Below, piece by piece: positions 52,646 to 60,120 of a DNA stretch of 64,000 nucleotides. Location of the stretch: assembly GCA_028874075.1 (NCBI GenBank), contig JAPPLU010000073.1:16973-80972 (forward strand), written 5' to 3'. The first letter of the stretch is position 1, and every line of letters begins with the position of its first letter. The translations under genes and the position numbers were made by a program. Below the pieces are notes generated by a model that searched no databases, was not told the origin of the DNA, and saw only the letters and a list, made by a program, of their open reading frames with translations. Source of the stretch: Chloroflexota bacterium. GTDB lineage: Bacteria; Chloroflexota; Dehalococcoidia; Lucifugimonadales; UBA3495.

Positions 52646-54511
52646 ATGTACGTCATCGGCACCGCCGGCCACGTGGACCATGGAAAGTCCACTCTGGTCA
52701 AAGCCCTTACCGACATTGATCCCGACCGCCTGCCCGAGGAGAAAGAGCGGGAGATGACCGTGGACCTGGGCTTTGCCTGGATGACACTGCCCAGCGGCCG
52801 GGAAGTCAGCATCGTGGACGTGCCCGGCCACGAGCGGCTCATCAAGAACATGCTGGCCGGTGTGGGCGCCATCGACCTGGCCCTGCTTATCGTGGCCGCC
52901 GACGAGAGCGTGATGCAGCAGACCCGGGAACACCTGGCCATCCTCGACATCCTCCAGATCAGGCGGGGCCTGGTGGTAATCACCAAGACGGACCTGGTGG
53001 ACGAGGAACTGGTGGAGCTGGTCAAGGCCGAAGTGGAGGACGTGGTGGCTGGCACATCCTTCGAGGGCTGCCCGATGCTCGGCGTGTCGGCCTATACCGG
53101 GGCCGGCCTGGACGAACTCAAGGCCACCATTGACGACATCCTTGACCAGACCGGCGCCCGCCGCGACCTGGGCCGTCCCCGCCTGCCCGTGGACCGGTGC
53201 TTTTCCATTTCCGGGTTCGGCACCGTGGTTACCGGAACCCTGATCGACGGCATGTTCGCCGTGGGGCAGGAGGTGGAGTTGACCCCCTCGGGTATGCGGG
53301 GCCGCATCCGTGGGCTGCAGAGCCACAAGGAGCGGGTGGACCGCAGTGACCCGGGAGTCCGGCTGGCCGTCAACCTGTCCGGCGTGGCCCGGTCCGACAT
53401 TGAGCGGGGCGAGGTGGTTACCCTGCCCGGGTGGTTGACCACCACTCGCCGCCTGGACGCCCATATCCGCATGGTGAGGGGCGCGCCCCACCCGTTGCGC
53501 CACAATGCCGGGGTTACCTTCCACCTGTTCACCAGCGAGACCACCGCCCGGGTGCGACTGCTGGACGCTGACCGCCTGGCCCCGGGCGAGGAGGGCTGGA
53601 TACAGATCCTGTTAGACGACCCCATTCCCATGGTCAAGGGCGACTACTTCGTACTGCGCTCTGCCGAGGATACCCTGGGCGGCGGGCAGGTGGTGGACCC
53701 CAATCCCCGGCGGCGCCACCGCCGATTCAGCCCCGATACCATCGAACAGCTTATGATGCTGGACCAGGGCACGGGCGAGGACATTATCTACAGTGTCGCC
53801 GACCAGAGTGGCCCGTGCGACCTGCGCACCCTGTCCCAGCGGTCCAACCTTTCCACGGAAGAGGCCTTGGACAGGGCGCTGCAACTGGCGGAGGACGGCG
53901 ACCTGGTCATCCTGGGTAACCTGGCCGCGGATAGCGACGCCGTGGTCTACTCCGCCCAGGGCTGGGACATCTTCAGAAATCGTGTGGCGGTGGAGTTACA
54001 GGCCTACCACAACAGCTATCCCCTGCGCCGGGGCGCGCCCACCCAGGAAATCCGCAGCCGCACCGGCCTGTCCCAGGGGGTGTACCTGAGGGCCCTGGCC
54101 CGGCTGGTGGACGAGGAGCGAGTGGTGGAGGAAAGCCAGCAGGTGCGCCTGCCCGACCACCAGGTAACGCTATCCCCCGAACTGGAAAAGCGAGCCGCCG
54201 ACTACCTGCAGTCCCTGGAGCAGGAACCCTACTCTCCCCCCACCGAACGCCACCCGGAGCCCGAACTGCTGGGTTACCTGATAGACGAGGGCCGGGTGGT
54301 GCGCGTCAACGAGTCGGTTATCTTCGCCGCTTCCGCCTACCGGGAACTTACCGACCGTATAGTTGCCCACCTGCACGAAAACGGCTCCATAACGGTGGCG
54401 GACGTCCGCACTATGTTCGACACCAGTCGCAAATACAGCCTGCCCCTGCTGGAACACATGGACCAGCAGCGCATAACCCGGCGGGTGGGGGACGAGCGGG
54501 TGCTGCGGTAG
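52646..54511 (+). CDS. selB: selenocysteine-specific translation elongation factor SelB
   Basis: Track ORF is 52532..54511. I moved the start to ATG 52646, 7 nt after GAGGT. MYVIGTAGHVDHGKSTL, DVPGHERL and TKTD are the G-motifs. The long C-terminal winged-helix region (about 621 aa total) is typical of bacterial SelB. Confidence 0.88.
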   Translation: MYVIGTAGHVDHGKSTLVKALTDIDPDRLPEEKEREMTVDLGFAWMTLPSGREVSIVDVPGHERLIKNMLAGVGAIDLALLIVAADESVMQQTREHLAILDILQIRRGLVVITKTDLVDEELVELVKAEVEDVVAGTSFEGCPMLGVSAYTGAGLDELKATIDDILDQTGARRDLGRPRLPVDRCFSISGFGTVVTGTLIDGMFAVGQEVELTPSGMRGRIRGLQSHKERVDRSDPGVRLAVNLSGVARSDIERGEVVTLPGWLTTTRRLDAHIRMVRGAPHPLRHNAGVTFHLFTSETTARVRLLDADRLAPGEEGWIQILLDDPIPMVKGDYFVLRSAEDTLGGGQVVDPNPRRRHRRFSPDTIEQLMMLDQGTGEDIIYSVADQSGPCDLRTLSQRSNLSTEEALDRALQLAEDGDLVILGNLAADSDAVVYSAQGWDIFRNRVAVELQAYHNSYPLRRGAPTQEIRSRTGLSQGVYLRALARLVDEERVVEESQQVRLPDHQVTLSPELEKRAADYLQSLEQEPYSPPTERHPEPELLGYLIDEGRVVRVNESVIFAASAYRELTDRIVAHLHENGSITVADVRTMFDTSRKYSLPLLEHMDQQRITRRVGDERVLR

Positions 54512-54523
54512 GGGGTGTTCGGT

Positions 54524-55141
54524 TTAAGAGATGGCTTCCCCGAGGGCACGGTAAAATACCTGGAAGCTGTGTGAGCAATTGCGTTCTGGAACCATGTGTG
54601 CTGCCATGTCCCTTGCGGCCTCTATCTTTCGGAGGCCACCCTTGAAATAATTTCGCCTCTGGAGCAGCCTTTCAAAGGACTCGCATGTTCCTCCCGCAAC
54701 GGCGTCCGGGTCGCGATAACGGGCTTGACCCAAGGAACTGCGATTGATTCGCGGATAAGCCATGCAAATTGCTTCCGGGTCACCGATGTACCAAGCCTCC
54801 AATTCTTCAACTACGACTCGGTTTGCTACTTGCCATATTCCATGTGAACCTCTGGTTCGAGTAATTAGGCCAGCCCCATAGGCCGCTTGTTCGAGAGTGT
54901 TCTTCAGTCGAAGGCAACTGTCATCGTCCCGGTCAATTATCACGAAAATGGTCCAATGGGATGGCAACCATTGGGCATACGCTCGTAACCTGGATGGCAA
55001 TTTGGCTAGAAGGTCTTGCTTTCCCTGATATGAGTGGGTTTCATAGCTACAATTTTCAGGTAGTACGGAATCCAAGAATACCTCGAGAAAAGCCTCCATG
55101 GAAGGTTCCTCAACCAGGAATATTAGGTGACGTTCGTCCAT
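54524..55141 (-). CDS. DUF4276 family protein (Toprim-like acidic motifs)
   Basis: 205 aa with LIFLVEEPSMEAFL, FVIIDRDDD and VVEELEAWYIGD. It starts 5 nt after the upstream ATPase gene. Confidence 0.7.
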   Translation of the reverse strand: MDERHLIFLVEEPSMEAFLEVFLDSVLPENCSYETHSYQGKQDLLAKLPSRLRAYAQWLPSHWTIFVIIDRDDDSCLRLKNTLEQAAYGAGLITRTRGSHGIWQVANRVVVEELEAWYIGDPEAICMAYPRINRSSLGQARYRDPDAVAGGTCESFERLLQRRNYFKGGLRKIEAARDMAAHMVPERNCSHSFQVFYRALGEAIS

Positions 55142-55146
55142 GACTC

Positions 55147-56379
55147 CTAGATCAATGGGCCGACAAAAGTCCCCTGGTTAATGAGGGGATCGCCGATGCG
55201 AAAATGGCCTTCCATCCATAGATGTCCAAGCTGAGCGCCATTTGTAATGAAATCAGGAATTCCTTTGATTTCCGAAACGGTTAGGGCTTGGGAATAGCCT
55301 CTAGCGTCACGCCACAACACCCTCACTTCTTGGGGGCGGAGGGCGTTTAGAAAGAAGGGTGAATGCGTCGTTACCAGCAATTGGGTTTGCTCACTGGCCT
55401 TCTTACATTCCTCCCCCAGTTCGTGAAGCAACCGAGGGTGAAGGAAATTTTCCGGCTCTTCTATGCCAATGAAAGGAGGTGGATCCGGATCGTAGAGCAG
55501 CACCAGGTAGGCGAGCATTTTTAGGGTTCCGTCGGATGCGAAACGCGCCATCACTGGGTCGTCAAAGGGAGCGTCTTTAATCTGCAATAACAATCTCCCG
55601 TCAGGCATGGGATCTGACTTTACTTTTTCGAACCTGGGAACGCGGCGCTGAAGGGTGTTGGAAATACCTTCGAGGCGATCCGGGTGCTGTTCCCATAGGT
55701 ATTGGACCACATTGGCCAGGTTGTCGCCGGACTTGCTCAGGCGTTCATTAGGTCCCGCTTCAGGTTGCCCCCGTGCGCTGTCTGCTGAAAGGTAAGAGAC
55801 ATACCAACCGGCTATAAAGTTACGTAATGCCGCAACCCGAGGGTGCTGGGCAAATTGCCCCAAGGCACTCACGGCCAGAAGGTCAGGGGATTGCAACGGC
55901 TCTTCAAGTCTCTGATCATCCTCGTCTGGCAACTCACCACTGGTTGCGCGTCCTTGACCCTCGTGGTACTCCAGGAAGCGGAAGGGCTTGCCGTGGCTTC
56001 TCCTCCGCCATTGAAGCCACTCCGACTGCACTACCGGGCGTCCCTGAATCTCATCAACTTCCAAGTGGTAGGTAATAAGGGGCTGCTTCGGTCTTTCCCG
56101 ATACTTTACTTCAATGGTGACAGGGCCACCCGATCCCCGTGTCTTGAGCTCCCTGGCTCTACCGCGCCTGTCCCAGGCAAACCTCAAGCCGTACTGAAAA
56201 CACTCCGAAAGGAACGCAAACACATCGAAAATAGTGGATTTGCCGCTGCCATTGGGGCCAAGCAGAACGGTCAGAGGCGTCAAGTCTTTTAGCTCAACGT
56301 CACGCAGGGCCCTGAAGTTCTGCACCTTCAAGGACGTTATTCTGGGTGGTGTCCTTTCTGGGCTAACTTGGGAATTCAT
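55147..56379 (-). CDS. AAA_15/AAA_21-type ABC ATPase (SMC/OLD-like)
   Basis: Track ORF extends to 56580. I moved the start to ATG 56379 ([25 protein letters not shown]). Motifs are Walker [10 protein letters not shown], signature-like SDGTLKML, Walker [14 protein letters not shown] and H-loop [10 protein letters not shown]. Confidence 0.8.
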   Translation of the reverse strand: MNSQVSPERTPPRITSLKVQNFRALRDVELKDLTPLTVLLGPNGSGKSTIFDVFAFLSECFQYGLRFAWDRRGRARELKTRGSGGPVTIEVKYRERPKQPLITYHLEVDEIQGRPVVQSEWLQWRRRSHGKPFRFLEYHEGQGRATSGELPDEDDQRLEEPLQSPDLLAVSALGQFAQHPRVAALRNFIAGWYVSYLSADSARGQPEAGPNERLSKSGDNLANVVQYLWEQHPDRLEGISNTLQRRVPRFEKVKSDPMPDGRLLLQIKDAPFDDPVMARFASDGTLKMLAYLVLLYDPDPPPFIGIEEPENFLHPRLLHELGEECKKASEQTQLLVTTHSPFFLNALRPQEVRVLWRDARGYSQALTVSEIKGIPDFITNGAQLGHLWMEGHFRIGDPLINQGTFVGPLI

Positions 56380-56777
56380 AAGTGATACAGCCTCTCTGGG
56401 AATCACGCCTGTGGATGCATCGCGACTTTGTAAGGATACCACCAACGAGCAATTGAACGCATTGCAAGTGGGAGCGGGCACTCGCCCATCCTCCAAAGTT
56501 GTGATGCGTCCTGCAGAAAGGCTCAGGCTGATATAAGTTTGACCGTAGAAAATTGCCTGCGTGGCCCAAGTATGAGGCATGCCTTTGATGCTCTTGGCTC
56601 AACAACAATTGCAGGCAACCACTGGAACAGGGTTGATAAAAGGCATAATCCGGACCATTTAGGTTGTTCGTTTGCCTTTGGCGCCGCACTTGCGAGGCGT
56701 TAGCTAAGGCGCGTTTCGAACCCGCCCCTACCAGCTACGAACCTCTCAAATTGAAACGGTATCGTTGTCCACCTTGT

Positions 56778-57656
56778 CTACCCCCGCTCGTACCAGTCGG
56801 GGTGCACTGCTTGGAGGCCCAGCTGGGGCCAGGCGGCGGGGGCGCCGCACTTCTCCAGCCGTTCTTCCAAGGGGAGCGATTCGTCCCAGTAGTAGGCGAT
56901 GATGCGGCGGCCGCTCCAGTCGCTGGCTGCGTCGGAGGCGATCCACACCGCCGGGGCCTGCATCACTTCGGGCTGGATGAGGGTGCGGGAACTGGTCCCG
57001 TCGGGGGGAAGCACCATGTTGGTGGCGGTGGCGCCGCCGGGAGTGAGCACGTTGGCGGTTACGCCGGTGCCCTCCAGGTCCTGGGCCATTATCGCCACCA
57101 GGGCTTCGTGGCCCGCCTTGGAGGGCCCGTAGGGGGCGCCGCCTTTGCGCCACATGGTGTCCATGCTAGTGGTAACGCTGATGATGCGTCCGAAGCCCTG
57201 CCCGATCATGTGTGGGGCCACAGCGTGGGACATGATGAAGGGGCCGCTCAGGTTGACGCCGATTACCCTCAGCCACCCTGCTGGATCAATAGTCCAGAAA
57301 TCGGTGCGGCGGCCCGCTTCCTCCGGGCCGGTGAAGCCGCCGGAGCGCAGGTTAATGCCGGCATTATTGACCAGGATATGCAGGCCGCCCATCTCGTTGA
57401 TGGTGCGCTCCACCGCCTGGGCTGCCGACTCCGGGCTGGTAACGTCGGCCACTATAGGGAGGACCGCTTCGTCTCCGCCCAGTTCCTGCATCACGCTGGC
57501 CGTTTCGTCCAGCCAGTCTTCGTTGATATCCAGCATGGCCACCCGGGCGCCGGCGCGCACCAGGCCCTCGGTTATGGAACGGCCCATGCCGATGGGGCTG
57601 GCCGCCCCGGTAACAATGGCAATTCTTCCTTCCAAAACTCGGGAAGATGAGGTCAT
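56778..57656 (-). CDS. SDR-family oxidoreductase
   Basis: 292 aa with RIAIVTGAASPIGMG (TGxxxGxG), NNAG and YGPSKAG (YxxxK). Confidence 0.85.
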   Translation of the reverse strand: MTSSSRVLEGRIAIVTGAASPIGMGRSITEGLVRAGARVAMLDINEDWLDETASVMQELGGDEAVLPIVADVTSPESAAQAVERTINEMGGLHILVNNAGINLRSGGFTGPEEAGRRTDFWTIDPAGWLRVIGVNLSGPFIMSHAVAPHMIGQGFGRIISVTTSMDTMWRKGGAPYGPSKAGHEALVAIMAQDLEGTGVTANVLTPGGATATNMVLPPDGTSSRTLIQPEVMQAPAVWIASDAASDWSGRRIIAYYWDESLPLEERLEKCGAPAAWPQLGLQAVHPDWYERG

Positions 57657-57861
57657 TTCTCCACCTCCGCAATTTCAGCAACAAGTTGCGCAGTAAGTTT
57701 TCCGGTTATTCGGTTCACAATGTTAGCAGAGTCTACGGGACTCCGTTTGGCGCCGGACAGACTCATTTGGTCGCAAAGGCAACGTGACTGGGCATGATCC
57801 GGGTGATCCTTAGACAGCATCGGGATGCGCGGGACTAATCAACAAGCGGGCACAGAGCCGG

Positions 57862-58062
57862 ATTTTTTTGTTTTCCGCACCATTTTGGGCCGTTTTGGGC
57901 CGTTTCGTATTTGAGACCGGGGTTGGGGAGCGATGAAACGGTCCAAATTCTGGACCGGACCTGCGGGAAGTCCTATCTATTTTTCCTGGAAAAGTGGCCC
58001 GCATTCCTCGTTTTCCGGGCCGTTTTGGGCCGTTTTGGGCCATTTAAGTGCCTCACTCCCGG
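57862..58062 (-). repeat. ~200-bp iteron-bearing element, copy 2 (inverted relative to 40243-40440)
   Basis: The plus strand shows the complement units ATTTTGGGCC/GTTTTGGGCC at 57882-57902 and 58011-58041. See the alignment blocks in the findings. Confidence 0.8.
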
Positions 58063-58256
58063 CCCTTCAGCCAAGGGCGGACGTCCCGATGCCTGGGGCG
58101 ACAGGGGTTGTATTCTTTGGTGGGACTGTTTTTCTGGGGGGGGGTTTTTGTGTATTGTCACAATTTTATGGCGCAGTGGGCTTTGTTGGGGTTTGGGGCC
58201 ATGGGGCACGGCCGTGCGCCCCTACCAGGTTTTCTTGGGGCTGCAATCGTCGCGGG

Positions 58257-58442
58257 CTACGCCCGCATATTGGGCGGCAGCAGGTTGGGGATGGCGTCGG
58301 TTATGGGGTAGGTTTCCGGGCATTTGTGGCAGACCAGCGACCCCTCGATGACCTCTTCCTCTTCGTCCTCCGTCTCCACCGTCAGTTCCAGTTCGCCCTT
58401 GCAGACGGGGCAGGCCAGTATTTCCATCAGGTCTTTCTTCAA
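58257..58442 (-). CDS. Trm112-family (UPF0434) zinc-ribbon protein
   Basis: 61 aa. LMEILACPVCKGELEL...LVCHKCPETYPITDAIPNLL is the Trm112/YcaR pattern. Confidence 0.8.
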   Translation of the reverse strand: MKKDLMEILACPVCKGELELTVETEDEEEEVIEGSLVCHKCPETYPITDAIPNLLPPNMRA

Positions 58443-58493
58443 GGTTCCTCCGTTTCCACAATATTGGCGGTTGGCGATACGGGTACGGTTGCC

Positions 58494-58973
58494 CTAGCGG
58501 ACCAGGCTGTCTTCAAACAATGCGGCCAGCACGTCGGCCAGTCCAAATATTATAACGCCGATAACCAGCAGGGCCGTGGGGCCGGTCAGTACCTCTTTAG
58601 TCCGTGTTCCCCGACCGACAAGCTGATCATTGTCCCCTGGTTCCCGGGGCCGGCGGAAGCGGACCACGGCCATCATGTAAAGGGCCAGGGCTACCTTTAG
58701 GGCCAGCACTGCCACGTAGGGCATGGTAACAGTGTCCAGCGTCAGCCTACTGGCGGTGAGGATGGCCCCGGTCACCACCAGGACCACAATGGCGGTGTTG
58801 ACGAGTCCGCGAAATTCCTGCCCGACGGAGCGGCTGACCTCGGCGGCGGGGTTGGTCTGCCGGAAGGCCGGACGCAGCACCATCAGGTAGAAGATGCCGC
58901 CGCCCACCCAGGCCACGGCGCCCAGGGCGTGGGCCCAGCGGATAGCCAGCAATATCCAGTCCAGCACGTACAT
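58494..58973 (-). CDS. hypothetical four-TM membrane protein
   Basis: 159-aa ORF with clear TM segments (WAHALGAVAWVGGGIFYLMVL, AIVVLVVTGAILTA, YVAVLALKVALALYMMAVV, ALLVIGVIIFGLADVLAAL). The family is not recognised. Confidence 0.6.
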   Translation of the reverse strand: MYVLDWILLAIRWAHALGAVAWVGGGIFYLMVLRPAFRQTNPAAEVSRSVGQEFRGLVNTAIVVLVVTGAILTASRLTLDTVTMPYVAVLALKVALALYMMAVVRFRRPREPGDNDQLVGRGTRTKEVLTGPTALLVIGVIIFGLADVLAALFEDSLVR

Positions 58974-59095
58974 GGGTGAAGTTCGATTGTCCTTCTGTTT
59001 CTATGATGCCCGACACAGGGCCGGAACATTCTATTGGCAGGGTTGAGGGAGGTCAAATCGGCTGGGCAGGAGAATCGCGCTTCAGGCATTCCCTT

Positions 59096-59168
59096 TCACC
59101 GCAGAGGCGCAGAGGATCGCAGAGATAATTTGCGCCTCCTGGCGTTTTCGGCGTCTCTGCGGTGAGAG
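59096..59168. repeat. REP-like element, ATCTCTGCGAAACTC family, composite copy C (truncated inverted unit plus partial forward unit)
   Basis: TCACCGCAGAGGCGCAGAGGATCGCAGAGATAA is the reverse complement of a shortened unit. GCGTCTCTGCGGTGAG follows in forward orientation. Confidence 0.6.
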
Positions 59169-59286
59169 GATTCTTCAAAATGTGATTGCCCTGGCTGGCC
59201 CGTCCTTGACTATAGCCCTGCCCCGGTTACAATCCTGGCAACAACGTAAACTGATCTGATCCACCATTGTGCGAGGAGGCAATATT

Positions 59287-60036
59287 ATGCGACTGGAAGG
59301 AAAGGTAGCGCTGATCAGCGGCGGCGCCAGGGGACAGGGGGCCGTGGAGGCAAGGATGTTTGCCACGGAGGGCGCGCGGGTGGTCATCGCCGACGTGCTG
59401 GAGGACGAGGGCAGGCAGGTGGAAGCGGAAATCAACGAGCAGGGTGGGGAGTGCCTGTTCCTGCGGCTTGACGTGACCAGCGAAGCCAACTGGCAGGATG
59501 TGGTGGCCGCCACCGTGGACCGCTTTGGCAAGCTGGACATCCTGGTCAACAACGCCGGCATCTACCGTACCGAGACTGTGGAGGAAACCTCCGAGGAACT
59601 GTGGGACCAGGTAATGGATATTAACGGCAAGGGCGTATTCCTGGGCACCAAGGCCGCCATACCGGAGATGCGCAAGGTCGGTGGCGGCTCCATCATCAAC
59701 ATCTCATCGGTGGCGGGATTGGTGGGCAGTGAGCTATCGGCGGCCTACGGTTCGTCCAAGGGCGCGGTGCGAATCTTCACCAAGGCCACGGCCATACAGT
59801 ACGCCGGCGAGAAGATTCGGGCCAACTCCATCCACCCGGGCATTATCGAAACGCCCATGACGTCGGAACTGTTGAAAGACGAAGAGCACCGCCAGTACCG
59901 GCTGAACCGCACACCCCTGCGGCGCATCGGGCGGCCGGAGGACGTGGCCTACGGGGCGCTGTACCTGGCCTCCGACGAGTCCTCCTTCGTCACCGGCAGC
60001 GAACTGGTGATAGACGGGGGAAGGACTGCCATGTAG
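59287..60036 (+). CDS. SDR-family oxidoreductase (3-oxoacyl/hydroxysteroid dehydrogenase-like)
   Basis: Track ORF starts at GTG 59269. ATG 59287 is preferred because of the GAGGAGG RBS. Motifs are MRLEGKVALISGGARGQG, NNAG and YGSSKGA. Confidence 0.88.
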   Translation: MRLEGKVALISGGARGQGAVEARMFATEGARVVIADVLEDEGRQVEAEINEQGGECLFLRLDVTSEANWQDVVAATVDRFGKLDILVNNAGIYRTETVEETSEELWDQVMDINGKGVFLGTKAAIPEMRKVGGGSIINISSVAGLVGSELSAAYGSSKGAVRIFTKATAIQYAGEKIRANSIHPGIIETPMTSELLKDEEHRQYRLNRTPLRRIGRPEDVAYGALYLASDESSFVTGSELVIDGGRTAM

Positions 60037-60044
60037 GGGGTTTT

Positions 60045-60103
60045 TCACAAAGAGGAGCAGAGACGCAGAGTTTCGCAGAGCCTCTCTCTGCTTCTCCTTG
60101 TGA
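60045..60103. repeat. REP-like element, ATCTCTGCGAAACTC family, copy D (reverse orientation, palindromic ends)
   Basis: The reverse complement contains CTCTGCGAAACTCTGCGTCTCTGC. Its ends, TCACAAAGAGGAGCAGAGA and TCTCTGCTTCTCCTTGTGA, pair with each other. It fills the gap between the convergent SDR and GGT genes. Confidence 0.65.
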
Positions 60104-60120
60104 GATCGGCGCCCCGAAAG

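Noticed and set aside
56380-56580. 67-codon N-terminal extension of the ATPase ORF. Similar extensions occur on hom (8412-8501), rplJ (27345-27419), the DLH gene (33619-33837), the qor-like gene (46545-46640), hemW (48022-48141), the AlkD-like gene (51731-51805) and selB (52532-52645).
   Set aside because: In each case an internal start with a Shine-Dalgarno sequence gives an N-terminus matching the family norm. The extension is low-complexity or overlaps the neighbouring gene or leader.
40243-58062. The 17.4-kb segment bracketed by inverted repeats read as a composite transposon or integrative element.
   Set aside because: There is no transposase, integrase, recombinase or conjugation gene inside or beside it. 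Most genes inside have host-like composition, and the repeats lack terminal inverted-repeat ends of their own. I kept it only as a recombination or regulation hypothesis in the findings.
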